Of a DNA stretch of 64,000 bases, positions 28,179 to 36,957 are shown piece after piece (within the stretch, counting starts at the first letter, position 1; each line of letters opens with the position of its first letter). This DNA comes from a virus. Lineage: Duplodnaviria; Caudoviricetes. The stretch lies in IMG/VR virus record IMGVR_UViG_3300032219_002227, positions 64,001 through 128,000 of that record; one strand, given 5' to 3'. The notes beneath the pieces were generated by a model. It worked only from the letters and a program-made list of their open reading frames with translations, searched no databases and was not told the DNA's origin. The position numbers and the translations under genes are program-made.

Positions 28179-29108
28179 ATGTCTTCATTCAAAAAGTTAA
28201 GCAAATCAGACGTTTCAGTCGTACCGTACTATGCTAACAAGCAATGGAGTATACCTTCTTCTTCTATTTCTAGTTATGCAACTGTCTTTGTAGGAAGTAA
28301 TGTAGCTGGAATTTTTAATCCATCAACGGATCCAACTTCTAATGGACAATATCAAAGATTAATTTACAACCAAATTAATCAATTATTTTACCAATCATAC
28401 AGTGCTTCTTTAAATACATCTTCATTAGCAAATTCAATTTATTATGAATCTGCTTCTCAACAACGTCCAACTTCCTCATACTTTATTTACAATGATAATA
28501 GTAATCTTGTAAAAAATTTCCCTACTGGATCTGGTAATCAAATAATAGTATTATCTATAGATCAAAGTACTTATGGTAATAAAATATTACCAAGATATTT
28601 CCAATTATCCTCATCTGCTAATTTTATAATAGACGACGGATACGGAAATTTAATTGATATAACCTCAGTAGCTAGTACTTATATAACTAATGGGTATTTT
28701 AATGTTGATGCTTATTTTGAAAATAGTTCTCCTGGGGTGTCAACTTATATAGGAAATATATACTATGCTCAGGGATTAGTAATTGTGACAAATCCACTTT
28801 TCTTAAATATATTTAATGAATCTACTTTAGTATTATCTTATAAAAATGAACATACTATCTATGAAAATGAAGTCCGTTGTTTAGTAAAGGAAAGTGATTA
28901 TAATTTATCGTATAATCCAACATTAGTAACTAATTATGCTAGTGGCTCTGTAAAAGATTTTGCTACTGGTTCTAATTTTTATACTTATGCTACAACATTA
29001 GGATTATATAATGACAATAATGAATTATTAGCTGTAGCTAAATTTGGTAAACCAATGTTAATGTCCCCAGACACAGACATGACTTTTGTTATAAAATATG
29101 ACACATAA
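28179..29108 (+). CDS. Tail/baseplate structural protein, paralog of upstream gene
   Basis: TTLGLYNDNNELLAVAKF. Confidence 0.65.
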   Translation: MSSFKKLSKSDVSVVPYYANKQWSIPSSSISSYATVFVGSNVAGIFNPSTDPTSNGQYQRLIYNQINQLFYQSYSASLNTSSLANSIYYESASQQRPTSSYFIYNDNSNLVKNFPTGSGNQIIVLSIDQSTYGNKILPRYFQLSSSANFIIDDGYGNLIDITSVASTYITNGYFNVDAYFENSSPGVSTYIGNIYYAQGLVIVTNPLFLNIFNESTLVLSYKNEHTIYENEVRCLVKESDYNLSYNPTLVTNYASGSVKDFATGSNFYTYATTLGLYNDNNELLAVAKFGKPMLMSPDTDMTFVIKYDT

Positions 29109-29529
29109 ATGGAAAGGTTGGGATATAATAGACCCAACAAAATATTTTGGTTTTGTTTATAAAATAGCTAATATAAAAACAGGTAAGTTTTATATTGGTA
29201 AAAAAGTGTTTTGGAATAATAAAAAACACAAACTTACCAAAAAACAACTTGCTGAACAATCAGGACCAGGCCGTAAACCAACTCACGAAGTAATTCGCGT
29301 TGAAAGCGATTGGAAAACCTATTGGGGTTCAAATAAAGAACTTCTTGCTGATATTAAACAATATGGAGAAGAAAATTTTGATTGTTGGATATTATCACAA
29401 TGCAAAACTAAAAAGCAACTCACATATTGGGAAATGCACCATCAATGTTTAAGTGAAGTTTTAATTGGTAAAAACAGAGCATACAACGATAATATATTAG
29501 GTAAATTTTTTACTAAAGACTTGTTGTAG
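29098..29529 (+). CDS. GIY-YIG endonuclease (T4 endonuclease II-like)
   Basis: GFVYKI.N..TGKFYIGKK...SDWKTYWGS...YNDNILGKF. Confidence 0.8.
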   Translation: MTHKWKGWDIIDPTKYFGFVYKIANIKTGKFYIGKKVFWNNKKHKLTKKQLAEQSGPGRKPTHEVIRVESDWKTYWGSNKELLADIKQYGEENFDCWILSQCKTKKQLTYWEMHHQCLSEVLIGKNRAYNDNILGKFFTKDLL

Positions 29530-29555
29530 GCAAGATTACTTCGTATATTGAGAGT

Positions 29556-30497
29556 ATGGATAATACAGCCTTACTATTTCTAGCAGAATCAGTACTAGGT
29601 AAGGGACAATCTACAAGTAAAGGCAATTATGCTTTTAAATGTCCTTTTTGTACTCACCATAAAAATAAGATGGAAATTAACTTACGTACAACCGAAAAAC
29701 GTGAGAATTTCTGGCATTGTTGGATATGTGGTGCTAAGGGTAAAACTCTACTTAGCCTATTTAGAAAAATTAAAGTACCACAAGATAAAATAAATGAACT
29801 AAATATTTTAGTCATCCCCGACAATACTAAAAGTATTGAATTAAGTACTATACAATTACCTAAGGAATTTATTTCATTAATTAATACAACTAAGTTAGAT
29901 AAAATATTACAAATTGAATTAAAACACGTTTTAAAATTTCTTAAATCACGTGGTTTAACTCAAGATGATATAATCAAATATAATATTGGTTTTTGTAAAG
30001 ATGGTAAATATGGAGGCCGTGTTATTATTCCTTCATATGATAATGATAAAAAATTAAATTATTTTATAGCTAGAGATTATAAAGGTGAAACACCTCAAAA
30101 ATATAAAAATCCACCAGTAGCGGCTAAAGACGTTATTGGTTTTGAACTATATATAAATTGGGATGCACCAATCGTACTTGTTGAAGGTATGTTTGATGCT
30201 CTTACTATTAAACGCAATGTAATACCTTTATTTGGTAAAGCTATACATGGTAAATTAATGGAAAAATTAGTTAAATCCTCTGTTAATCGTATTTATATTG
30301 CTTTAGATAATGATGCTAGGCGTGATGCTTTAAAACAAGCTGAAATGCTAATGTCATACGGTAAAGAAGTATATATGGTAGAAATGGAAGGTAAAGATGC
30401 TAATGAAATCGGTTTTGAAAAATTTCTTAACACAATTGAGCAAACAGTACCCTTAAACTTACATAGTTTGCTTGAAAAAAAATTACAATTAATATGA
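29556..30497 (+). CDS. DNA primase (Zn finger + TOPRIM)
   Basis: CPFC...HCWIC, LVEGMFDAL, IALDNDA, KDANE. Confidence 0.9.
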   Translation: MDNTALLFLAESVLGKGQSTSKGNYAFKCPFCTHHKNKMEINLRTTEKRENFWHCWICGAKGKTLLSLFRKIKVPQDKINELNILVIPDNTKSIELSTIQLPKEFISLINTTKLDKILQIELKHVLKFLKSRGLTQDDIIKYNIGFCKDGKYGGRVIIPSYDNDKKLNYFIARDYKGETPQKYKNPPVAAKDVIGFELYINWDAPIVLVEGMFDALTIKRNVIPLFGKAIHGKLMEKLVKSSVNRIYIALDNDARRDALKQAEMLMSYGKEVYMVEMEGKDANEIGFEKFLNTIEQTVPLNLHSLLEKKLQLI

Positions 30498-31276
30498 TTG
30501 ATAAAAACGTCAACATCATAAAAGATCCTAAGATTAAGCGCATTGTAGAGTATAGTGAAGATAATAAACAAGTAAATGTTTTAGATCAACGTTTTTATAG
30601 ACGTAATGGAGAATATTATCCTTCTGTATCTAGTATTTTAAATTATTTTCCTAAAAATAAATTTTTTCATGAGTGGCTTAAAGATGTAGGACACAACAGT
30701 GAAATTATTGCATCTAAAGCAGCATCTGAAGGTACTCAAGTACATAATGCTGTTGAGGATTTTTTAAATGGAAATGAAATAAATTGGATTGATGAGCAGG
30801 GAAATGCTAAGTATTCTCTTGAAGTGTGGAAAATGATTCTTAAATTTGCTGATTTTTGGAATACACACAAACCAGAACTAATAGCAACTGAGTACCATAT
30901 ATTTTCAGATAATCACAAATATGCAGGTACTGTCGATTTAATAGTTAGAATAAATAATCAAATTTGGTTACTTGATCTTAAAACATCTAATTCACTTCAT
31001 ACCTCTTATAATCTACAGTTAGCATCATATGCTGTTGCATGGAATGAAACGCATACTGATTTAATTGAACGCACTGGTATTTTATGGTTGAAAGCATCTA
31101 CTCGTGGTGAAGGTAAAGGGGATGCAATTCAAGGTAAAGGATGGCAACTAAAAGCTGTAGATGGAATTGCATCTAATATGGAGATGTTCCTAAAAATACG
31201 TGACATTTATGATTTAGAAAATCCTGATTCTAAACCTATTACGGAATTATTACCTACATCAGTTAAAATTGTTTAA
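30494..31276 (+). CDS. PD-(D/E)XK exonuclease
   Basis: YPSVSSIL, GTQVH, YAGTVDL, DLKTS, QLASYA. Confidence 0.85.
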   Translation: MIDKNVNIIKDPKIKRIVEYSEDNKQVNVLDQRFYRRNGEYYPSVSSILNYFPKNKFFHEWLKDVGHNSEIIASKAASEGTQVHNAVEDFLNGNEINWIDEQGNAKYSLEVWKMILKFADFWNTHKPELIATEYHIFSDNHKYAGTVDLIVRINNQIWLLDLKTSNSLHTSYNLQLASYAVAWNETHTDLIERTGILWLKASTRGEGKGDAIQGKGWQLKAVDGIASNMEMFLKIRDIYDLENPDSKPITELLPTSVKIV

Positions 31277-31321
31277 AATATTTATATGTAGGTAATTATT
31301 AAACTATGTACTCTATAAACA

Positions 31322-31606
31322 ATGTATAAAGAAATAATTGTTTTACTTGCTCAAACTTTATACAATATACTTAAAGTATTAGAAATAAAATATACATATC
31401 AAAATAAAATACCAGCGCTTTTATTAAATTCAATCTGGATAAATTTAGTAGCATTAGCATCTACATATTATGCAATTGATGATTTATTAAAAGGTAAGTT
31501 TACTGTTGTTATATTTTATGTAGTTGGTTCTGTTCTAGGAAAATACTTAGGTATGAAATTTGGTAATCCTCGTAATCAAATTTGGAAAAAACTATTTAAA
31601 AAATGA
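31322..31606 (+). CDS. Small multi-TM membrane protein
   Basis: Three hydrophobic segments. Confidence 0.65.
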   Translation: MYKEIIVLLAQTLYNILKVLEIKYTYQNKIPALLLNSIWINLVALASTYYAIDDLLKGKFTVVIFYVVGSVLGKYLGMKFGNPRNQIWKKLFKK

Positions 31607-32349
31607 CTACTTACAAAGCAATAATAGTTTCGGATTTACATTTAGGTACTAAAGACTCTAAAGCTGAGGAATTTTTAGAATTTTTAGATAACCATCCAAC
31701 AGATCTTTTAATACTAAATGGTGATATAATTGATGGGTGGGCATTAAATAGAGGAGCTAAGTGGAAAAAAAAGCACACTAAAGTACTAGGTAAAATATTA
31801 AAACTATCTAATAAAATACAAGTAGTTTGGATTAGGGGTAATCATGATGAATTTATTCAAGAATTTATAGGTTCTCATTTTGGCGGTATAGAATTTAGAG
31901 AAGATTATAAAATTGAATACGCTGAACATATTGAATATGATAATTGGGAAAGAAAATGCTACTACGTATTTCATGGTGATGTAATTGATGTATTTATAAC
32001 AAAATACACATGGTTAGCTAAAATTGGAGCTATTGGATATGATTTAGCATTATGGTTAAATAGACAATATAACAAATATCGCAAATGGCGTAAATTACCA
32101 TATCAATCTATATCTCAAAAAATAAAAAATAGCATTAAAACCGCTACTAGTTATATTAATGATTTTGAAACTACAGCATTAAAAATGGCTGAAAAGAAAG
32201 GCTGTGACGGAGTTATATGTGGTCATATACATCAACCCGAAGATAGAACTATTAATGGTAAAAGATACCTTAACAGTGGAGATTGGGTAGAAAATATGAG
32301 TGCTATACTTATTGACACATACGGAAAAATTTACATTTATAATAATTAA
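31603..32349 (+). CDS. Calcineurin-like metallophosphoesterase (LpxH / UDP-2,3-diacylglucosamine hydrolase-like)
   Basis: SDLHLG, GDIIDGW, GNHD, HGD, CGHIH, YLNSGDWVE. Confidence 0.85.
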   Translation: MTTYKAIIVSDLHLGTKDSKAEEFLEFLDNHPTDLLILNGDIIDGWALNRGAKWKKKHTKVLGKILKLSNKIQVVWIRGNHDEFIQEFIGSHFGGIEFREDYKIEYAEHIEYDNWERKCYYVFHGDVIDVFITKYTWLAKIGAIGYDLALWLNRQYNKYRKWRKLPYQSISQKIKNSIKTATSYINDFETTALKMAEKKGCDGVICGHIHQPEDRTINGKRYLNSGDWVENMSAILIDTYGKIYIYNN

Positions 32350-32496
32350 ATTATGTATAAACTTATAAATTTGTTATTAAACTTTAATACAGGGACAAAA
32401 TACAATTTTCAACGTGATATTACATGGGGTGTAATAATTATGTTATTATTATCTTTATTTGTTAATATTTATAGGTAATCATTTTGATTATCTATT

Positions 32497-34089
32497 ATGA
32501 GTTTAGGAAAATATATAGCACAATTTTTATTAGAAGACGATTTCCTTGCCGAATACTCACAAAGTATCATCAATCAATTAGTTGATAAATTTAAGCAGGA
32601 AAAACCTAATCTAGGAGTTGATACTATTAAAGCCTATATTAATCGCTTTAGCCAAATTAAAGATAGTCCTAGAGTAACTGAAAAAGATATTACTAAATAC
32701 AATTGGAAGGATTTAGAAACTGTAGTTGATGCTAACCAACCAAAGCGTATCAAAGCAGGTAAAATAAATGATGGTGAACCTAGCAAAGATGCTAATTTAG
32801 TTTATAATCAAAATGGATTAAGAATTTATGTTGGTAAAACTAAAAATGCCTGTGTTAAATATGGTAATGGTTATTCATTTTGTATTTCTGCTCGTGGTGA
32901 GGATAATATGTATCATGACTATAGATATGGACAACAAGGAACACCATATTTTGTATTTGATGATACAAAATCATCTGAACAAGATGAAAATGGAAATTTT
33001 AAAGATATAACACATTTATTAGTAATATTTATCTACCCTGATCCAAATGGAGAAATGGTTGATGGTGGTAATATGTATTCAGACAATGGGATATTATATT
33101 ACACTGTAACAACAGCTGATAATCCGGGAGAAGATCAATATTCTTTCTTTAAAAATATAGAAGATAAATATCCTAGACTTAAAGGTTTAAAAAATGTATT
33201 TCAAGGTGCAGAAATAGACCCAAAAGAAAAAGCAGAATATGATCTTGATAGAAAATATGATGGTCTATTAGGCTATATTAATGAAAGTTACGGTAATATA
33301 AATGGTAAAAATTATCAAGAAGGATTTTGGGAAAAATATAGTTTTGATACTATTAAAGGAGCTAATACTAGAATTGATGATCTTATAAATGGTAAGATAG
33401 AAATATATCGTTTTGAAGGAGAACTTAAACCCGGAATAAAAGACGACGATTACATATCCACTTATGTAGCTCAAAGGAAATCAGGAAAAGATATAAAAGA
33501 ACTGTATAAAGAATTTACTGATAGTATAGTAATAATGTTATATAGGGGACCTGATACTAATCACAATATTATAGATGATTGGATTATAACATATGAAAAA
33601 ATAGACACTACAGAAACTCCAGGGTATAAAAAATACCTTAAAGATGTTAAACAATTAGTAGATAAATATAGAAATGATTTATCTAAACTAAGGTTAATGA
33701 AAGAAGGTTTAGAACGCAAAACCAAACTAAATGAAAGCGAAACAGCTACTATAGGTGAATTTGTAAAGTATGCGATTAAAAACTTGGAAATACAAAAACC
33801 CCCACGTAACTTAACCTTCTCATACGATAATGCGGCTGCTAAGGAGAAAAGGAGTTTTGGTTATTTTGATCCAAATGCTAATAAAATATGGGTTTATGTG
33901 AAGAATAGAAATATGGCTGATATATTAAGAACATTGGCTCATGAATTAGTTCATCATAAACAAAATTTAGATGGACGAATTGATTATAAAAGTGGAGAAA
34001 CTGGTTCTGATATTGAAAACGAAGCAAACGCTAAAGCAGGAATATTACTAAGAGATTTCGGGAAACAAAATAATGAAATATATCAATAA
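32497..34089 (+). CDS. Multidomain putative head-internal protein with C-terminal zincin (HEXXH) domain
   Basis: CVKYG..FCIS domain; LNE linker; DILRTLAHELVHHKQ...ENEANA. Confidence 0.7.
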   Translation: MSLGKYIAQFLLEDDFLAEYSQSIINQLVDKFKQEKPNLGVDTIKAYINRFSQIKDSPRVTEKDITKYNWKDLETVVDANQPKRIKAGKINDGEPSKDANLVYNQNGLRIYVGKTKNACVKYGNGYSFCISARGEDNMYHDYRYGQQGTPYFVFDDTKSSEQDENGNFKDITHLLVIFIYPDPNGEMVDGGNMYSDNGILYYTVTTADNPGEDQYSFFKNIEDKYPRLKGLKNVFQGAEIDPKEKAEYDLDRKYDGLLGYINESYGNINGKNYQEGFWEKYSFDTIKGANTRIDDLINGKIEIYRFEGELKPGIKDDDYISTYVAQRKSGKDIKELYKEFTDSIVIMLYRGPDTNHNIIDDWIITYEKIDTTETPGYKKYLKDVKQLVDKYRNDLSKLRLMKEGLERKTKLNESETATIGEFVKYAIKNLEIQKPPRNLTFSYDNAAAKEKRSFGYFDPNANKIWVYVKNRNMADILRTLAHELVHHKQNLDGRIDYKSGETGSDIENEANAKAGILLRDFGKQNNEIYQ

Positions 34090-34092
34090 GTT

Positions 34093-34563
34093 ATGGATGC
34101 AATTTACTGCGATATGGATGGAGTCCTTGTCGATTTTAAAAAAGGTTATTACGATTTAACAAAGATAGATACTTCAAAATATGTTAAAGGTGATCACACT
34201 TTTTGGGCTCCGGTAGATAAAGAAGGCCCACAATGGTGGGCTAATTTAGATTGGATGCCTGATGGAAAAATATTATGGGATTATATTAAACCTTATAAAC
34301 CGCATATTTTATCATCTCCTTCAAAGAGTATATCTTCTAAAGTAGGTAAAGAGGCTTGGTGTAAAATCAATATCAACAACCAATATAAAAACTTATTATT
34401 ATACCCACGCCATGAAAAACAATTATTTTCAGGCAAATTCAGTATATTAATTGATGATTTAGAAGAAACTATTAAAGAATGGAATAAGCATGGAGGAATA
34501 GGTATCCACCATACTTCTGCTATTGATACAATTAAGCAACTTAAAGAATTAGGTTATGAGTGA
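34093..34563 (+). CDS. HAD-family 5'(3')-deoxyribonucleotidase-like
   Basis: YCDMDGVLVDF, ILSS, ILIDD, W...GGIGIHH. Confidence 0.85.
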   Translation: MDAIYCDMDGVLVDFKKGYYDLTKIDTSKYVKGDHTFWAPVDKEGPQWWANLDWMPDGKILWDYIKPYKPHILSSPSKSISSKVGKEAWCKININNQYKNLLLYPRHEKQLFSGKFSILIDDLEETIKEWNKHGGIGIHHTSAIDTIKQLKELGYE

Positions 34564-35140
34564 TAATATGTTAAAGCGTGAATTTCGTGAACGTGACGTT
34601 CAACGTATGCGAAATATTATTACTAAGGATTATACTGCTAAAACAACAACGCAAGTTGGTTATTCTAAGGCCCAAATAGACCACAAAGAAGGTGATATAT
34701 GGGAGGAGAATGATAAACAATGGACTATTAAAAACGGTATTAAACAAACAGTTACGCGCTTAGATAAATTAAAACAAACATTAAACTTACCACTGACATG
34801 CCCTAAATGTGGTAAAGCAATGAAGAACCATAACTTAAATAAAAAGATGTGGTCTATTCATAAAATGTGCTTTGATTGTGTAATTACAATAGAAACTGAA
34901 TTAAAACGCACAGGACAGTACGAAGAATATGCACGCAGTTTAACAACACGCGGTGTTAAAGCATATATTAAAGATTTAGAAGATGTTGTATTAGAATTAG
35001 CTTTAGAAGATACTAATGAAGGATTTATTACTGAACAAGGCGATATTGAAAAATGGGCTGGTAAAGGATTAGACACTAAAAAACTAACCGAAGAAATACA
35101 GGAATATATACAGAAACTTAAAGATCACATTAGTGATTAA
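34556..35140 (+). CDS. Conserved hypothetical with CxxC/CxxC
   Basis: EGDIWEE...WTIKNGIKQ, CPKC, CFDC. Confidence 0.7.
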   Translation: MSDNMLKREFRERDVQRMRNIITKDYTAKTTTQVGYSKAQIDHKEGDIWEENDKQWTIKNGIKQTVTRLDKLKQTLNLPLTCPKCGKAMKNHNLNKKMWSIHKMCFDCVITIETELKRTGQYEEYARSLTTRGVKAYIKDLEDVVLELALEDTNEGFITEQGDIEKWAGKGLDTKKLTEEIQEYIQKLKDHISD

Positions 35141-35181
35141 TATTTATAGGCAATGATTTACTAATTAAGTCAACCCTATAG

Positions 35182-35469
35182 ATGGAAAATAATATTTGGA
35201 CAGCCCTTATTACAGCTATAACAGTTTTGGGCGGAACTACAGCATTTAGATATTACGAAAGAAGAGCAATGCATCGTGAAAGAGATGAAGATTTTATTCG
35301 TCATGATTGTAAAGATCGCATATCAAAACTAGAAGCTCTATTAGAAGAATCATCAAAAGAAAAAGACGAAATGCGCCAGTTAATCCTTAAATTAACTGAG
35401 CAAGTTGCTGAGTTGAAAGTTAAGGTTGAATATCTTACTAGTGAAAATAACAAATTAAAAAAAGGATAA
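35182..35469 (+). CDS. N-terminal TM + coiled-coil protein (holin-like candidate)
   Basis: Hydrophobic N-terminus, late box at 35141. Confidence 0.55.
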   Translation: MENNIWTALITAITVLGGTTAFRYYERRAMHRERDEDFIRHDCKDRISKLEALLEESSKEKDEMRQLILKLTEQVAELKVKVEYLTSENNKLKKG

Positions 35470-35702
35470 TGTATAGTCTACTTGAACTACTTAAGCTCCA
35501 AGAAGGTCCTATAGAATACCCAGATGATCATGAACCTGGTATGCGTGTAACTAAAGGTGGTTCTATGTGTGCTAACTGTGAGTATCATGAAGCTGAAGAT
35601 AATTTATGTAATAACAAATATTGGCTGAAATGGCATGATGGTGATGCCAAAATCCCAGCTCCAGCAGATGAATATTGTTGTAATTGGTGGCATGCAAAAT
35701 AA
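35469..35702 (+). CDS. Small Cys-rich metal-binding protein
   Basis: CANCEY...C...CCNWW. Confidence 0.6.
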   Translation: MYSLLELLKLQEGPIEYPDDHEPGMRVTKGGSMCANCEYHEAEDNLCNNKYWLKWHDGDAKIPAPADEYCCNWWHAK

Positions 35703-35708
35703 TATATT

Positions 35709-36218
35709 ATGATTAAATTATTAGATATACTACATGAAAATATTATAGGTGGTGAAATTGAATGTGAAAAGTGTGGACATACATGGGAATTAGCAGACGG
35801 AGGAGACAATCCATATATTTGTCATAATAAAACATCAGGAGAAGAATGTGGATATGATAATAGTGGACAAATAGAAGAGTACGATGTTGAAAATAAACAA
35901 GATTTAAGAGAATTTATCGAGTTTATGGAGTCATATCAAGATGAGCTTAATGAAGCTGATTGTGATTGTCTGTTAGAAGCTAAATATCAAGGTCGTACAG
36001 TACCGTTAGGTAAACCAATGCGTGGTGATAGTAAGAAATTTAAAGTATATGTTAAAAATCCTAAAACAGGTAAAGTTGTAAAAGTAAACTTTGGTGCTAA
36101 GGGAATGAATATTAAGAAAAATAATCCTAAACGCCGTAAAGCATTTAGAGCAAGACATAACTGCGATAATCCAGGACCACGTACTAAAGCAAGATACTGG
36201 TCATGTAGAAAATGGTAA
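35709..36218 (+). CDS. Tagged (MIKLLDILHE) protein: Zn ribbon + basic C-terminal domain
   Basis: CEKC..CH..C; KKFKVYVK..KVNFG..FRARHNC..ARYWSC domain recognised from T4-like phages. Confidence 0.7.
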   Translation: MIKLLDILHENIIGGEIECEKCGHTWELADGGDNPYICHNKTSGEECGYDNSGQIEEYDVENKQDLREFIEFMESYQDELNEADCDCLLEAKYQGRTVPLGKPMRGDSKKFKVYVKNPKTGKVVKVNFGAKGMNIKKNNPKRRKAFRARHNCDNPGPRTKARYWSCRKW

Positions 36219-36232
36219 TATGATGTAAAAAA

Positions 36233-36550
36233 ATGATTAAACTAACTGACATACTAAAAGAAGTAAAAGAAACATTTGAAAATTTTGCTACTACTCGTGG
36301 TAAAGGTGCTGCTAAAATTGCAGCTACTGCTGAAAAGAAAGGTGGATTATCTTTATTAACATGGCATCATTTTAAAGTTAAGGCTCCATATTATAAAAAA
36401 GCTACTGAGGGTAAATTTGATAAAGAAGCTGCTAAAAAAGAGTTTGAAAAAACACTAAAAAGCATATCATTAAACATGACTCAAATAGAATTTCAACGTG
36501 AAGTTGGTCGTTTAGAGGTATTGGGTGAATTACTAATAAGAGACAAATGA
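36233..36550 (+). CDS. Tagged (MIKLTDILKE) hypothetical protein
   Basis: ORF. Confidence 0.7.
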   Translation: MIKLTDILKEVKETFENFATTRGKGAAKIAATAEKKGGLSLLTWHHFKVKAPYYKKATEGKFDKEAAKKEFEKTLKSISLNMTQIEFQREVGRLEVLGELLIRDK

Positions 36551-36957
36551 TTAAATTAACAGACATATTAAAAGAAGTATTAGAAGAAAAGAAAAAGAAA
36601 AAAGATCGATGTGCTCGTATTGCTAATCGCAAATACGATAAGCCATCCGCTTATAAATCAGGAGCTATTGTACGTTGTCGTAAAGGTAATATTTGGAAAG
36701 GATTAAAAGAGGAAATCGATCAATTAGACGAGAAAAAAAAAGAAACTCTTCATACCTGGTTTAAACGTAAAGGTGCACCTGGTAAAACAGGGGGTTGGGT
36801 TGATTGTAATACATGCCGTGAAGTAGACGGTAAAAAAAAATGTAAGCCTTGTGGCCGTAAAAAAGGTGAAACACGTACAAAATATCCTTCATGCCGTCCA
36901 ACACCTTCACAATGTTCAGATCCAGGTAAGGGTAAAAAATGGGGAAAAACTAAGTAA
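36547..36957 (+). CDS. Tagged (MIKLTDILKE) basic Cys-rich protein
   Basis: PSAYKSGAIVRCRK and WF..GWVDC..PCGR..YPSCRP modules. Confidence 0.7.
   Translation: MIKLTDILKEVLEEKKKKKDRCARIANRKYDKPSAYKSGAIVRCRKGNIWKGLKEEIDQLDEKKKETLHTWFKRKGAPGKTGGWVDCNTCREVDGKKKCKPCGRKKGETRTKYPSCRPTPSQCSDPGKGKKWGKTK

Noticed and set aside
30494-31276. Cas4-like nuclease as CRISPR evidence
   Set aside because: Stand-alone PD-(D/E)XK exonuclease beside primase, common in phages; no Fe-S cysteines or array.
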